From contig OX597824.1 in NCBI GenBank assembly GCA_951406725.2, forward strand, positions 68,324,001-68,388,000: a stretch of DNA of 64,000 nucleotides, given 5' to 3'. The notes below the pieces were generated by a model that saw nothing but the letters and a program-made list of their open reading frames with translations, searched no databases and was not told the origin of the DNA. Source of the stretch: Octopus vulgaris. Its lineage: Eukaryota. Of the stretch, positions 28,119 through 39,763 are shown piece by piece. Position numbers and translations under genes: made by a program. Numbering within the stretch: the stretch's first letter is position 1; every line of letters starts with the position of its first letter.

Positions 28119-28218
28119 GAGAAGCTGTCTGAGGCTGAAGACGGTTTGCAGGCAGCTGAGCGCCTTAGTGAACAGATAGACTTAAAGATGAATCATATAG
28201 AACAGTTGAAGGCTGAAG
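28119..28218 (+). CDS. TRIP11: TRIP11 internal exon (100 bp), last recognisable exon in window
   Basis: catag acceptor and G|gtaatt donor. Encodes EKLSEAEDGLQAAERLSEQIDLKMNHIEQLKAE (cf. human [23 protein letters not shown]). Ends phase 1, just before the expected GRAB domain. Confidence 0.9.
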
Positions 28219-28450
28219 GTAATTCAGAATTTGTTTCTGTTGTTTCTTTGGGTTTTTTTGGCGGTTCTTTTTGTGGGGTGGGGGTTAGTTTCCATAATAT
28301 TTCTTACCTTTGTTGTAAAATTTCTAACTGTCTGCTTTGTCTTGTATTGTATTGTATGTTTAGTTCCTTTTGCTAAATACTAGAAACAGACAATGTTTGG
28401 CATTTCTAATGACAAACATTGGCCAATTTTGTGAGTGTATGTGTGTGTGG

Positions 28451-28564
<114 letters not shown>

Positions 28565-29259
28565 GTGAGAGAGAGAGGAATAATATTATGCTACTAACAT
28601 AATATCTTTAACATTTTATGTCCATTTTCCAACCTTGCATGGGCTGGATACTTCTTTTACAGAACTGAGTTCTACTGTTCTTTACAGTTCTTTGTCATTT
28701 CCTTCATGATTTCCCTTTCTTGTGATGATCTTTACCTTGACTTCTGTCTCTCACAGGCTTTCCTCCACTTGAATTTCCTGACATTTCTTTACTCAACTCT
28801 CATTCTTTATATGCTTCACATGTCTGCACCAGCTCTGTCTTCTCCTTTGTCCCATGCATCAGATTCCATTTGTACCTAGCTTTCCTCTCGGCTCATTTGC
28901 AATCCATCATCCATGCGATAAATGGTGGCTGGAATCAAATAAAACTGAGCATGCTCATCTGATTTCTTTCTAGCTCTCACACATCCTTTGCATTCAATGG
29001 CCAAGTTTCTTTTTCATACAATATCACATTTCATATACACGTATCATACCACCTACTCTTTACTCAGTGAGAGAAGACCTTTATTGCCAGCAATAAAAGG
29101 ATTCTTACTCTAGCTACTAGAGACTATCAGAACATCCTTCTCCACTCTTAGACCAGTTACATAATAGAAGCTGTCAACTATTTCTAGGGATCCCTCATAA
29201 CATATAAATTTGTTTTTGTCAGTTTGTCTGTGATCCCACTGCACCTCTTATTTACAACG

Positions 29260-29287
29260 GGTGGTTGTAGGTGTAGTTGTAGTAGTG

Positions 29288-29327
<40 letters not shown>

Positions 29328-29400
29328 CAGTAGTGGTGGTGGAGGTGGTGGTGGTGGTGGTAGTAGTGGTAGTAGTAGTAGTAGTAGTAGTAGTGTGGTA
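29260..29400. repeat. (GGT)n/(AGT)n triplet repeat
   Basis: Direct reading. Complementary (ACC)n/(ACT)n tracts occur at 39787-40260. Confidence 0.9.
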
Positions 29401-30189
29401 TTACAGTGCATCACTGCATTCACTGTTTGTTGGAGATTCTCTACTCCTGGCAGATGACACCCTTGCACCACTCAGGTGTTTCCTTGGGTACGTTGTTGCT
29501 GTTGAGGGTTTTATGAGGTTAGAGTGAAAATTCTACCCCAGCTTCTTTTAATTGCCTTTTACAACTTGCAGAGGAAATGTTGGGTCTATTCTTTGACCTA
29601 CCAGTCTCCCCCACAGTACAATGGATACACCTTATAGGATTTATACCTACTCATTCTCTGCACATCAAACATGGCCTCTTCCCAGGAAGCAATAGAGTTC
29701 TTTCTGTCCTTTTTTTTTCCTGCTAACTAAAACTATTGCCTTTGTTATTTTTACTTGAAGACCGCTCATTTGTAAGCTTTGCTTCCATGTTTGCAATTTC
29801 TTATCTCAATATTCAACAGAATCAACTGTTAGAACAAGGTCATCAGCATACAAAAGTTCTCACAGACAACCAGTCTTAATCTCTTTTGTTTTGACCTGGA
29901 CAATATAATAAACAGAAGACTGGGGTCTAGAATGAAACCTTGATGGTTAACTACATACACACTAAATTCCTCACTAAACAATTTACTAACTCTCATATTG
30001 CTAATACTATCTTTGTACATGGATTGCATGGCTCTCACTAACCTTTTGTCTTCACCTAGTTTGTTTACTGACCAGCAGAGTACAGAACATGGGACTCTGT
30101 CTAAAGCTTTCCCCAGTGAGTGATAGACATAGTGACTTGTTTTTGCTTTGCCAAAAACCTCTTCTGTAGTTCTTTGTTTCTTTGTCGTC

Positions 30190-30740
30190 CTTTTCAAGCC
30201 TATCCAGACTCATGGGCCTGGTTTCCCAGTTTCTGTGGTGTATGTGTTCCCCCAGCTGGACGGGACGCCAGTCCATTGCAGCGTTACTCAAGAAACAAGA
30301 AGAGAGAGTTAGAGAAAGTTGTGGTGAAAGAGTACAACAGGGGTTGCCACCACCCCCTGCTGGAGCCTTGTGGAGCTTTTAAGTGTTTTCGCTCAATAAG
30401 CACACACAATGCCCGGTCTCGGAATCGAAACCGCAATCCTCCAACCACGAGTCCGCTGCCCTAACCACTGGGCCATTGCACCTCCACAAATGTTCCTTCT
30501 CGAGCCATGCCAGATTCATAAGGGCCGGTTTCCTGGTTTCAGTGGTGTAGAAATTCCCCACCTGGACGGGACGCCGGTCCGTCGCAGGATTACTCATTTT
30601 CATCAGCTGAGTGGACTGGAGCAGCGTGAAATGTAGTGTTTTGCTCAAGAACACAGCGCATCGCCCGGTCCAGGAATCGAAACCACAACCTTATAATCAT
30701 GAGTTCAACACCCTAACCACTAAGACGCACGCCTCCACCT
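30190..30740 (-). mobile_element. Cluster of nested family-C-like tRNA SINEs inside the RTE
   Basis: Two heads, ...cctaaccactgggccattgcacctcc (to 30486) and ...ccctaaccactaagacgcacgcctcc (to 30737), with shared body ggtttcctggtttc..ctggacgggacgcc. Confidence 0.8.
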
Positions 30741-31651
30741 TATGTAGTTGTACCAACCTGAAATGCATCTCATCTAAGCTAATTCTTTTCCTAATTAGCT
30801 CTGTTTTATCTCTCTTTGTCCCTACTATAACATGGTCCGTCAATTTGATGCCTTTGTAGTTGCCTCTTTCTCTCTCTCTCTCTCTCTCTAGCACATCTCT
30901 TTTACCCTTGTTGCAGGTAATGATGGTACTGCTGTGCCACTGCTTAGGGATGACCCCTTCCTTAACTGCATGATTATTGATTTTGCAGCTATGCCCTATT
31001 TTACTGGACATTCTCAATATTTCAATGGCTATCCCCAATGTCCTCACCTTTGTATTGTTAATGTTCTCTGAGTTACAGCAATGTCTAAGTGAAAAGTGGA
31101 AGAGGAATTGAGCAATTTCAAATATACCATACAATATTAATATCCATATATAACTAGTTATGGTAATTATATATCCACACACACACACATATATTGATAT
31201 TGTGTGTGTGTGTGCTTCAGCTCAAGGCAGTGCTCCAGCATGACCTCAGTCAAATGTCTGAAACAAGTAAAAGAGTAAAAGAATATATATCTTTAGATTA
31301 TGGAATTGTTGCAGCTCTATAGTGTAAACATAACCAAGACCACATACTTAACATGACACCAGAAGTTGCAGTTTTTTTTGTCTGGGAAATATCCCTTTAA
31401 AGACGTGTTAAAAAAAACACAATATTCTTCTGAGTTGGGTAGAACAAAATCAAATTGAGGGTGATTGAAAGTTTCAGATGCTGTATATCACTGTACTTGC
31501 AACTTATCAAAACCATGCCCTCAACTCGCTTCCAAAACGAAATCAAAGTCTCTAGTCTTAAGTATATAGAAATAGTGCATATATTATTTGCTATGGTGCT
31601 GCTTAACTAGAATAAATTCAGGTTATACAATTGAAGCAGCTCTATAATGTA

Positions 31652-32043
31652 CTAGCAGTATCGCCCGGCATTGCTCAGGTTTGTTTTGACCCTTTAGAAT
31701 TGGAATTTTTGAAAAGTAAAAATTTTGCATTATGTAACTTGTTATACTCTTTAAGTGAACATTTTTCTGGTTGAAATACATCGAAAAATGGCGACACACC
31801 AGTAAAAAAATCATAAAAGATAGGGATTTTCATAGCAAAAAAGCACCTTTTTGATGTAAATAATTTTTGGTGTTAACATGGTCCAATTTGAATTTTATCT
31901 ATTACGGAATGAAGAGCAAGCCTTCTTCTATCATGCTCTCAATTTTGGTCAACTTGCACCGCAGGGTCTAGGAGGAGATAGTGTTAGTTGAAGGCTACCA
32001 AACCTGCCATACACAGACAACTTCAGCTTTATATATATAAAGA
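31652..32043 (-). mobile_element. Non-autonomous Helitron-like element
   Basis: On the minus strand it begins 5'-TC (a|TCtttatatatataaaagctgaagttg) and ends ...gcaatgccgggcgatactgCTAG|t, with a GC-rich subterminal tract and an A|T insertion site. Confidence 0.6.
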
Positions 32044-32554
32044 TTTATATGCATATATTTATGTATGCATGCATACACACACACATTCATATATATGCAC
32101 AAAGACAAAAGCAATTATAATTTTAAAAAAATCAATTTACACTGTTTTTCTTCTTACAATGTATTAAATTCTTTGTTTATCTGCCAATTTATTCCTTCAT
32201 TATAGTTTTCTATTTAAATTAATTTTCAACACTTTACCAGAATATTTTAGAATGCATCATGCGCATGGTTTAAACTACTTGCTGAATGCTTCAGTGTCTT
32301 AAAGTGGCTCGGTCTTGCCTAATAGCTAACATTAATTTGCGTCCAACTTGCGTTCGTTATGTTTATTTATCTATTTACCCATTTACTTCTTATCGATGTG
32401 GTTTTACTTGGTTACAGCATGTACGTCACACTAACAGTTTCACTGATAGTAGTAATGAGTTATTCTGAATACAATGTGAGTTGATTACATGGCACCAATT
32501 AATATTGGTTGCTAATTAGAAATAGAACGATGGGAGCATTGTTTTTTTCCATAT

Positions 32555-33530
<976 letters not shown>

Positions 33531-34381
33531 TTAATTATCAGCTATTTCTAAATCATAATTGATATTGATTATCTTCATTTCAGATCGTTTTAAAGGAAGA
33601 AAAAGCAAAATCTTTCACAAAAAATATACATCAACATCATCATTATCACCAGTCGTCATCATTGTCATCATCATCATCGTCATGTTGATGACAATGATGA
33701 TTTTCATTATCGTTACTATCACCAACCTCATCATCATCATTTCTATCCATTTTTATCAGCTAAATTAATATTCTATGTGTGGAGGCAAACTGTGTGTATG
33801 ATGGCTTAGGCATGGGGACCACCAAAGCACTTCCTAATATTTGTTTTCAGATGTGTGAATATATACATATAAGTGTGTGTGTGTGTGTCTATTCATTCAC
33901 ATGCATACATACATATACATATATATACAGACATGTATATTTACTTGTGTCTTGCCATTGAAATGTAGTCAGGATGGGGATATATGGATATGTGTGTGTG
34001 TGTTCTTTATTTTGGGAGGTGGGAATACAACAGCAGCCTCTCAGTCACCTCTAGTTTCATCACTAGCTCTACTGGAGCTAAATTCAGATTGTTCTAGAAG
34101 ATGTATGCATAGAATTGGCATGGACACCAAGAAAATTATCAAAGAAAATCCCATTAATATTATATAACTTGCATGCATATACATAAATTCATTCAGTGTT
34201 ACATACGCATATATACACCTTACCACTACTTTGTATAAAAAGGCTCTAGATAGTGATATATTGTCTATGTGTGTGCATTTTTAGACACATTCTAATTATC
34301 ATAATTAGTATGCATATCTTGTGCCTGCATGTGTGTGTGTGTGTGTGTGTTTTATGTGTGTATATACACACGCACTCCCTC

Positions 34382-34836
34382 TAAACCTTTAACACTTACA
34401 CTGGTCATATCAGACCCAAACATTCTACCTGTTTTATGTTCAAAGAGGCCAGATCCAGCATCTTACACCTACCCTACAATGTCGTTCTAAAATTTAAAAC
34501 GATCACATATCATTGAAATCTCGATGCCACAAGATAATGCGTGATTAATTCAAAAGAATGTGATTAAATAAGCATTACATTTGACAGTGTCATCTGAATG
34601 CCTGAGGGTTAACAGTATCTCTTAACTCTTTGGCATTTAAAGCAGTCATATCCAGCCCAAACATTGTGCCTGTTTTATATTCAAACAGCCATATTTGGCC
34701 TCTCACACCTTCCCTACAATGTCATTCTAAAATTGAACTACCATATCACTGGAATCTCAAAGGTATGAGATAACGCATAATTAATTCCAAATAACTTGAA
34801 TAAATAAGCACTACATTTGACATGCTAAAGGGTTAA
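34382..34836 (+). mobile_element. Two tandem TTAA-flanked MITEs (piggyBac-like)
   Basis: Termini ttaac(t/c)cttt(a/g)gcatt...atgctaaagggttaa. Related copies at ~24245-24685 (SINE-interrupted) and ~41001-41228 (inverted). Confidence 0.65.
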
Positions 34837-35069
34837 AACTTCATATCAATACATGCGGTGAAAAGTTGGGTGTTCGTCTGTCTGACTGTTTGCCTTTCTG
34901 TCTGTGTATCTTAGTAGCTGTCTGTCTGTCTATTTGTTTATCTAATCTATCTATCACTCTATCAATGTCTGTCTGTCTCTCTTTCTCTTTCAGTTCACCT
35001 CTCTATTCATATCTGACTACTTATCTCCCACTGTATCTATTTTTACATACGTGTGTGTATATATATTTG

Positions 35070-35104
<35 letters not shown>

Positions 35105-35246
35105 ACACACACACACATATATACATTCTTACATACACACACATAATTATTATATATACTTTATACTTATACATGGTTGTGTGTGTACATTGGTATTTAC
35201 CTGATTTAATAACTAGATGTGGTGACCAAACCACTCTTTGATTGAC

Positions 35247-35326
35247 AGGTGCTTGTGTAATCTCAGCTGGTAATATATGAGTGGTTCAATCTCTCACCGT
35301 TACTTGCTGTGGTTGAACTATCACCT
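35247..35326 (+). ncRNA. mir-216: pre-miRNA, MIR-216 family paralog 1
   Basis: 5' arm TAATCTCAGCTGGTAATATATGAG (35258-35281) carries the miR-216 5' sequence UAAUCUCAGCUGG. It pairs with CTCACCGTTACTTGCTGTGGTTGA (35293-35316). Basal stem aggtg/cacct; CNNC motif (catc) about 18 nt downstream. Confidence 0.9.
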
Positions 35327-36900
35327 TGCCAAAACATCTCAACACTCATCAATATCCTCAAATCACAGATTTTGTTATTTTTTTTCAGTTTTCTTTGTTG
35401 CATGTTCTTTTATTACATTGTTTTTTTTTTCATTTTCTTAATTTTTATTTTGTTTTTTACTTGGTTATTTTCATTTATGTTTGCATTTTTGTTTTTTGTT
35501 TTATAATTTTTTTTTTTTACTTTTGTGTTCAGTTTCTGGGTGTTTACATAAGTGAGCCACACATTCATACATATGCATATGCTCACATATGCATGTGTGT
35601 GTATGTGTGTGTGTGTGTGTATCGTTGATATGTAGAGAATTTAGAAATTTTCAGAGAATGGGAAGCAAAAATTGGTTTTTGGAATAGTGAAACTCAAAAC
35701 AGATAAAACTATAAATAATAGCATTTAATATATTGGATGGGAAATGTAAATGGCTGCTTATGGGACACATCTGTAAACCCACATCCATAAACATGACAGA
35801 TATCCTACCATAAATATATACATACATATATGTGTATGTATGTATATAAACACAGCATCTTCATCATCATCATCATTTTAAAGTCCGTCTTTTTTTTCCA
35901 TGTGGGCATCATCATCATCATTGTTTAATGTCGACCTTCTGTGCTGGCATGGTTTAGACTGTTTGACAAGAGCTGGCCAAGCAGAAGACTGCACCAGATT
36001 TCTGTGTCTGTTTTAGCTCGGTTTTTTATAGCTGGATGCCGTTCCTTACACCAACCACCCTGCAGAATGAACTGAGTGCTTTTCACGTGGTACCAGCTCA
36101 GGCAGGTATGGGATGAACATTTTGACAGGATCCACCAGGTCAGATGACCACGTTCTGCTCCACTGTTTCAGTTTTGGCATGATTTCTATATCTAAACGCC
36201 CTTCCTGATGCTAACTACTTTACATAGTATACCAAGTGTGTTTTACTTTGTTTTTGTTTTTTTCACATGGCACAACCCCTAGTAAGGTTGCTTTGTAATC
36301 TGCAAGTCAAAGAACCCCGACGACTGTAGGGTCGTATGGGAAACAGAGTGCTTGATTTAATCAAGGTATTAAGAAGCTGGAGTATGATGGGAGGAGGAAG
36401 AACTGGTTTATTTTTGTGGGTGATAGTCATGGCTACCTTAGATTTTATATGGTTGGAGTTGTGCCTGAAAGAAAGGTTAATATAGTGGTGACAAAGTGCT
36501 GGAATGTACTCTGAAGGAGAACTTGTCCAAGAAGATGAATTGAAGAGAATGTGGAAACTAGAATTAGAGAAAGGGTGGTTTAAAGATGCATATGGTTGGA
36601 GAGTGAGGGATGGACAGAGCTATTGGGTAGAATTGGTTCAATTGTGTATTGAGGAGAAATGTGGTAAATGGTGTGACCAGTGGAAAAGAGAAAGACAAAG
36701 TTGATCTTGATGAGGTTGAATGTAATTGATACTCATCCTGAATGATGTGGAACAGTGTGCTTGGGTAAGATTTTATGAATATCAGTCAATGGAGAAAGAA
36801 CAGGGTTAATGACCTCGAGTAGTGTCCTAAGCTTATCAGATCTGTTGGATGATTTTGGATGAAAGGGGAACCAGAGATACAGTCTAAATGCTTGCAATAT

Positions 36901-37072
36901 AGGCGCAGGAGTGGCTGTGTGGTAAGTAGCTTGCTTAACAACCACATGGTTCCGGGTTCAGTCCCACTGCGTGGCACCTTGGGAAAGTGTCTTCTACTAT
37001 AGCCTCGGGCCGACCAAAGCCTTGTGAGTGGATTTGGTAGACGGAAATTGAAAGAAACCCATCGTATATAGG

Positions 37073-37122
<50 letters not shown>

Positions 37123-37325
37123 CGTATGTGTTTGACCCCCCTAGCATTGCTTGACAATCGATGCTGGTGTGTTTATGTCCCCACCACTTAGCGGTTCGGC
37201 AAAAGAGACTGATAGAATAAGTACTAGGCTTACAAAGAATAAGTCCCGGGGTCAAGTTGCTCGACTAAAGGCGGTGCTCCAGCATGGCCGCAGTCAAATG
37301 ACTGAAACAAGTAAAAGAGTAAAGA
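36901..37325 (+). mobile_element. SINE family A, young full-length copy
   Basis: aggcgcaggagtggctgtgtggtaagtagcttgc...gactgaaacaagtaaaagagtaaagag. Further copies at ~37830, 38625, 44300, 52425, 53840, 59272-59645 and 60332-60710. Confidence 0.85.
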
Positions 37326-38508
37326 GTAATGAAGGGAGTGCCACAAAAGAAGGCACCCAACCACTAGGTACTTAAGTAGAATGATATACATATGAAATCT
37401 TACCTGGTAAACAATAATTACAGTTTGCACCTCATATAGAAGCCCTGCTGTTCTTCACTGGCTCAAAGCAGTGCATATAATTCCTAATATCCTAATATTT
37501 ATCTGGTTTGATTTAACTTCCACCCCTCCACCAAAAAAAAAGTTTCACTATTTATGTTAAGGGTATCCCACAATGGATTATGTCATGTTCATCGTAGTCA
37601 TTTCTTGTGTTTTTCTTTTTTCTTTTTAAATTTATTGTTTATTATTGACTTTTAGCCACAATCATTCATGTCTTGTCTTGAATGGCACTCACATTCCAAT
37701 GGCATTCCTCTTTAATACTGATTACTTTATGGTTCTACTGTCATTGCTAACTGTAATGAAGGATAAGCATTGATCAAAATCTTCACCTCTTGCAGTCTTT
37801 CGCAACATTGACAATCATTTGCGTATGTGGGTGTATGGTAGGTAGCTTGTTTACCAGCCACATGGTTCCAGGTTCAGTCCCACTACGTGACACCTTGGGC
37901 AAGTGTCTTCTACTATAGCCTCGGGCCGACCAAAGCCTTGTGAGTGGATTTGGTAGATGGAAACTGAAAGAAGCCCGTCGTATATATGTATATATATATG
38001 CGTGTGTGTGTCTGTGTTTGTCCCCCAATCATTCATTTCTTGTCTTGAATGGCACTCACATTCCAATGGCATTCCTCTTTAATACTGATTACTTTATGGT
38101 TTTACTGTCATTGCTAACTGTAACGAAGGATAAGCATTGATTAAAGGCGGTGCTCCAGCATAGCCGCAGTCAAATGACTGAAACAAGTAAAAGAGTAAAC
38201 AAAACATTTACAAGTTTTGTTCACCTCAGATATCGCTGACACCCAAAATGCTTCAGCAACATGCACTGTTACTGCACCAACTCAGAGCAGTCAGCAGTGA
38301 CTGTTTCTTAGCAATGCAACCCAAAATACCAAACGTGTGTCGTTCTGCATTATACTGCACATTACAGTTGCCATCTGCTGCTGATGTTGTTGTTGCTGAT
38401 ATTGGTGTAGAAACAGTTAATTGACAACATTCACTATGGCTACCTTTTCTCTAACTGCTTGTACCTGTGCACACACTATGTGTTTGTGTGTATGTGTATG
38501 TATGTATG

Positions 38509-38539
<31 letters not shown>

Positions 38540-39016
38540 TTACCTGTATGTATATGTGTGTGTGTATACATGCCAGCATGGAAGGTGGACATTAAATGAT
38601 GATGATGATGATGATGATGATTATATATGGCTATGTGGTTAAAAAGCTTGCTTCCCTGCCCATATGGTTCCATTCCACACCACCTTGCACATGTGCCTTT
38701 TGCTTTAACCATAGGCTCACCAAAGCCATTTTCAGTGGATTTGTAAATGGAAATTGAAAGAATCCCACCGTGCATGTGTGTGTGTGTGTGTATATACCCT
38801 TGACATTATGTGATAGTTGTAAATAAGCATCACCATCATACAAGGGGTGTTTATTTCCAATCTTCTATGAAAATTGTCTTGTCATGGAGAAATCTAATGA
38901 AGGTTGGTGACAAGAAGGGCATCCAACTGTAGAAAAAAAATCTGCCTTAACAAATTCTCTCTCCTTCATGTTGGCATGGAAAAGTGAACATTAATTCATG
39001 ACGATGATGATGATGA

Positions 39017-39047
<31 letters not shown>

Positions 39048-39693
39048 GCACATATATATGTATGTATATATATACATATATATATACACATACACACACA
39101 TACATGGAGGGGTGCAGGAGGTTGGCCAGATTAAAGCTGTCTTTTGTTCTAATCATAGCACAATTACTTCTCTTGAACACTTCCATTGTCTAATTGGCTG
39201 GTAATTAACATACATTAATTATTCTATGTAAAATAATAGATATCAAAATTTCAGTTTTGTCTCCACCCATTCCTCCAATTCATCATCTCACCCCCACCCC
39301 CAAACACACACACTCACTGCTTATTTTTTTTCAGTTTTGCTCATTTCACCAAAATCATCAACAATCATCATAAGTTAATTATTTTACTTTGTAGCTATGG
39401 CTACAGTTAAAAAAAAAAGAGAAAAAAATGCAAATTTTTCAACACATTCCACAAGACCCCATTTCAGCCATCTCATTTTCCACTACGGTACGCCTGGCAC
39501 TGGAAAAACTTCTGTGGTGCTCCCTCCCGCTGTTGCCCAAAGCATGTGCTTTTATTTTACTTATTGGTTAATCCGAGCTAGTGTGTGCATATATATTTAT
39601 GTCTATATATAATGTAAATAATAACATGTATGTTTATGTATTGTTTTTTTTTTTTTAATGTGCGTGTGTGTGTTTATAATCCTTTTTTTGATC

Positions 39694-39763
39694 TTTGTGT
39701 AATCTCAGTTAGTAATTCCGAGTGGATAAGATAGCCTCAAGTTACTAGCCGAGATTACATGAA
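39694..39763 (+). ncRNA. mir-216: pre-miRNA, MIR-216 family paralog 2 (miR-216a/miR-304-like)
   Basis: 5' arm TAATCTCAGTTAGTAATTCCGAG (39700-39722) pairs almost perfectly with CTCAAGTTACTAGCCGAGATTAC (39736-39758). CNNC motif (cagc) at +17. Confidence 0.92.

Larger units (their letters stand above)
28620..31090 (-). mobile_element. Degenerate RTE-clade LINE (reverse transcriptase region), interrupted by SINEs and triplet repeats
   Basis: Minus-strand remnants EGVIPKQWHSSTIITCNKGKRD..GNYKGIKLTDH and LGKALDRVP..LCWSVNKLG..RLVRAMQSMY..FSEEFSVYVVNHQGFILDPSLLFII, typical RTE RT subdomains with stops and frameshifts. Confidence 0.82.

Noticed and set aside
29184-29527. Poly-Pro/Ser/Gly/Val ORFs
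   Set aside because: Products of (GGT)/(AGT) triplet repeats inserted in a LINE relic.
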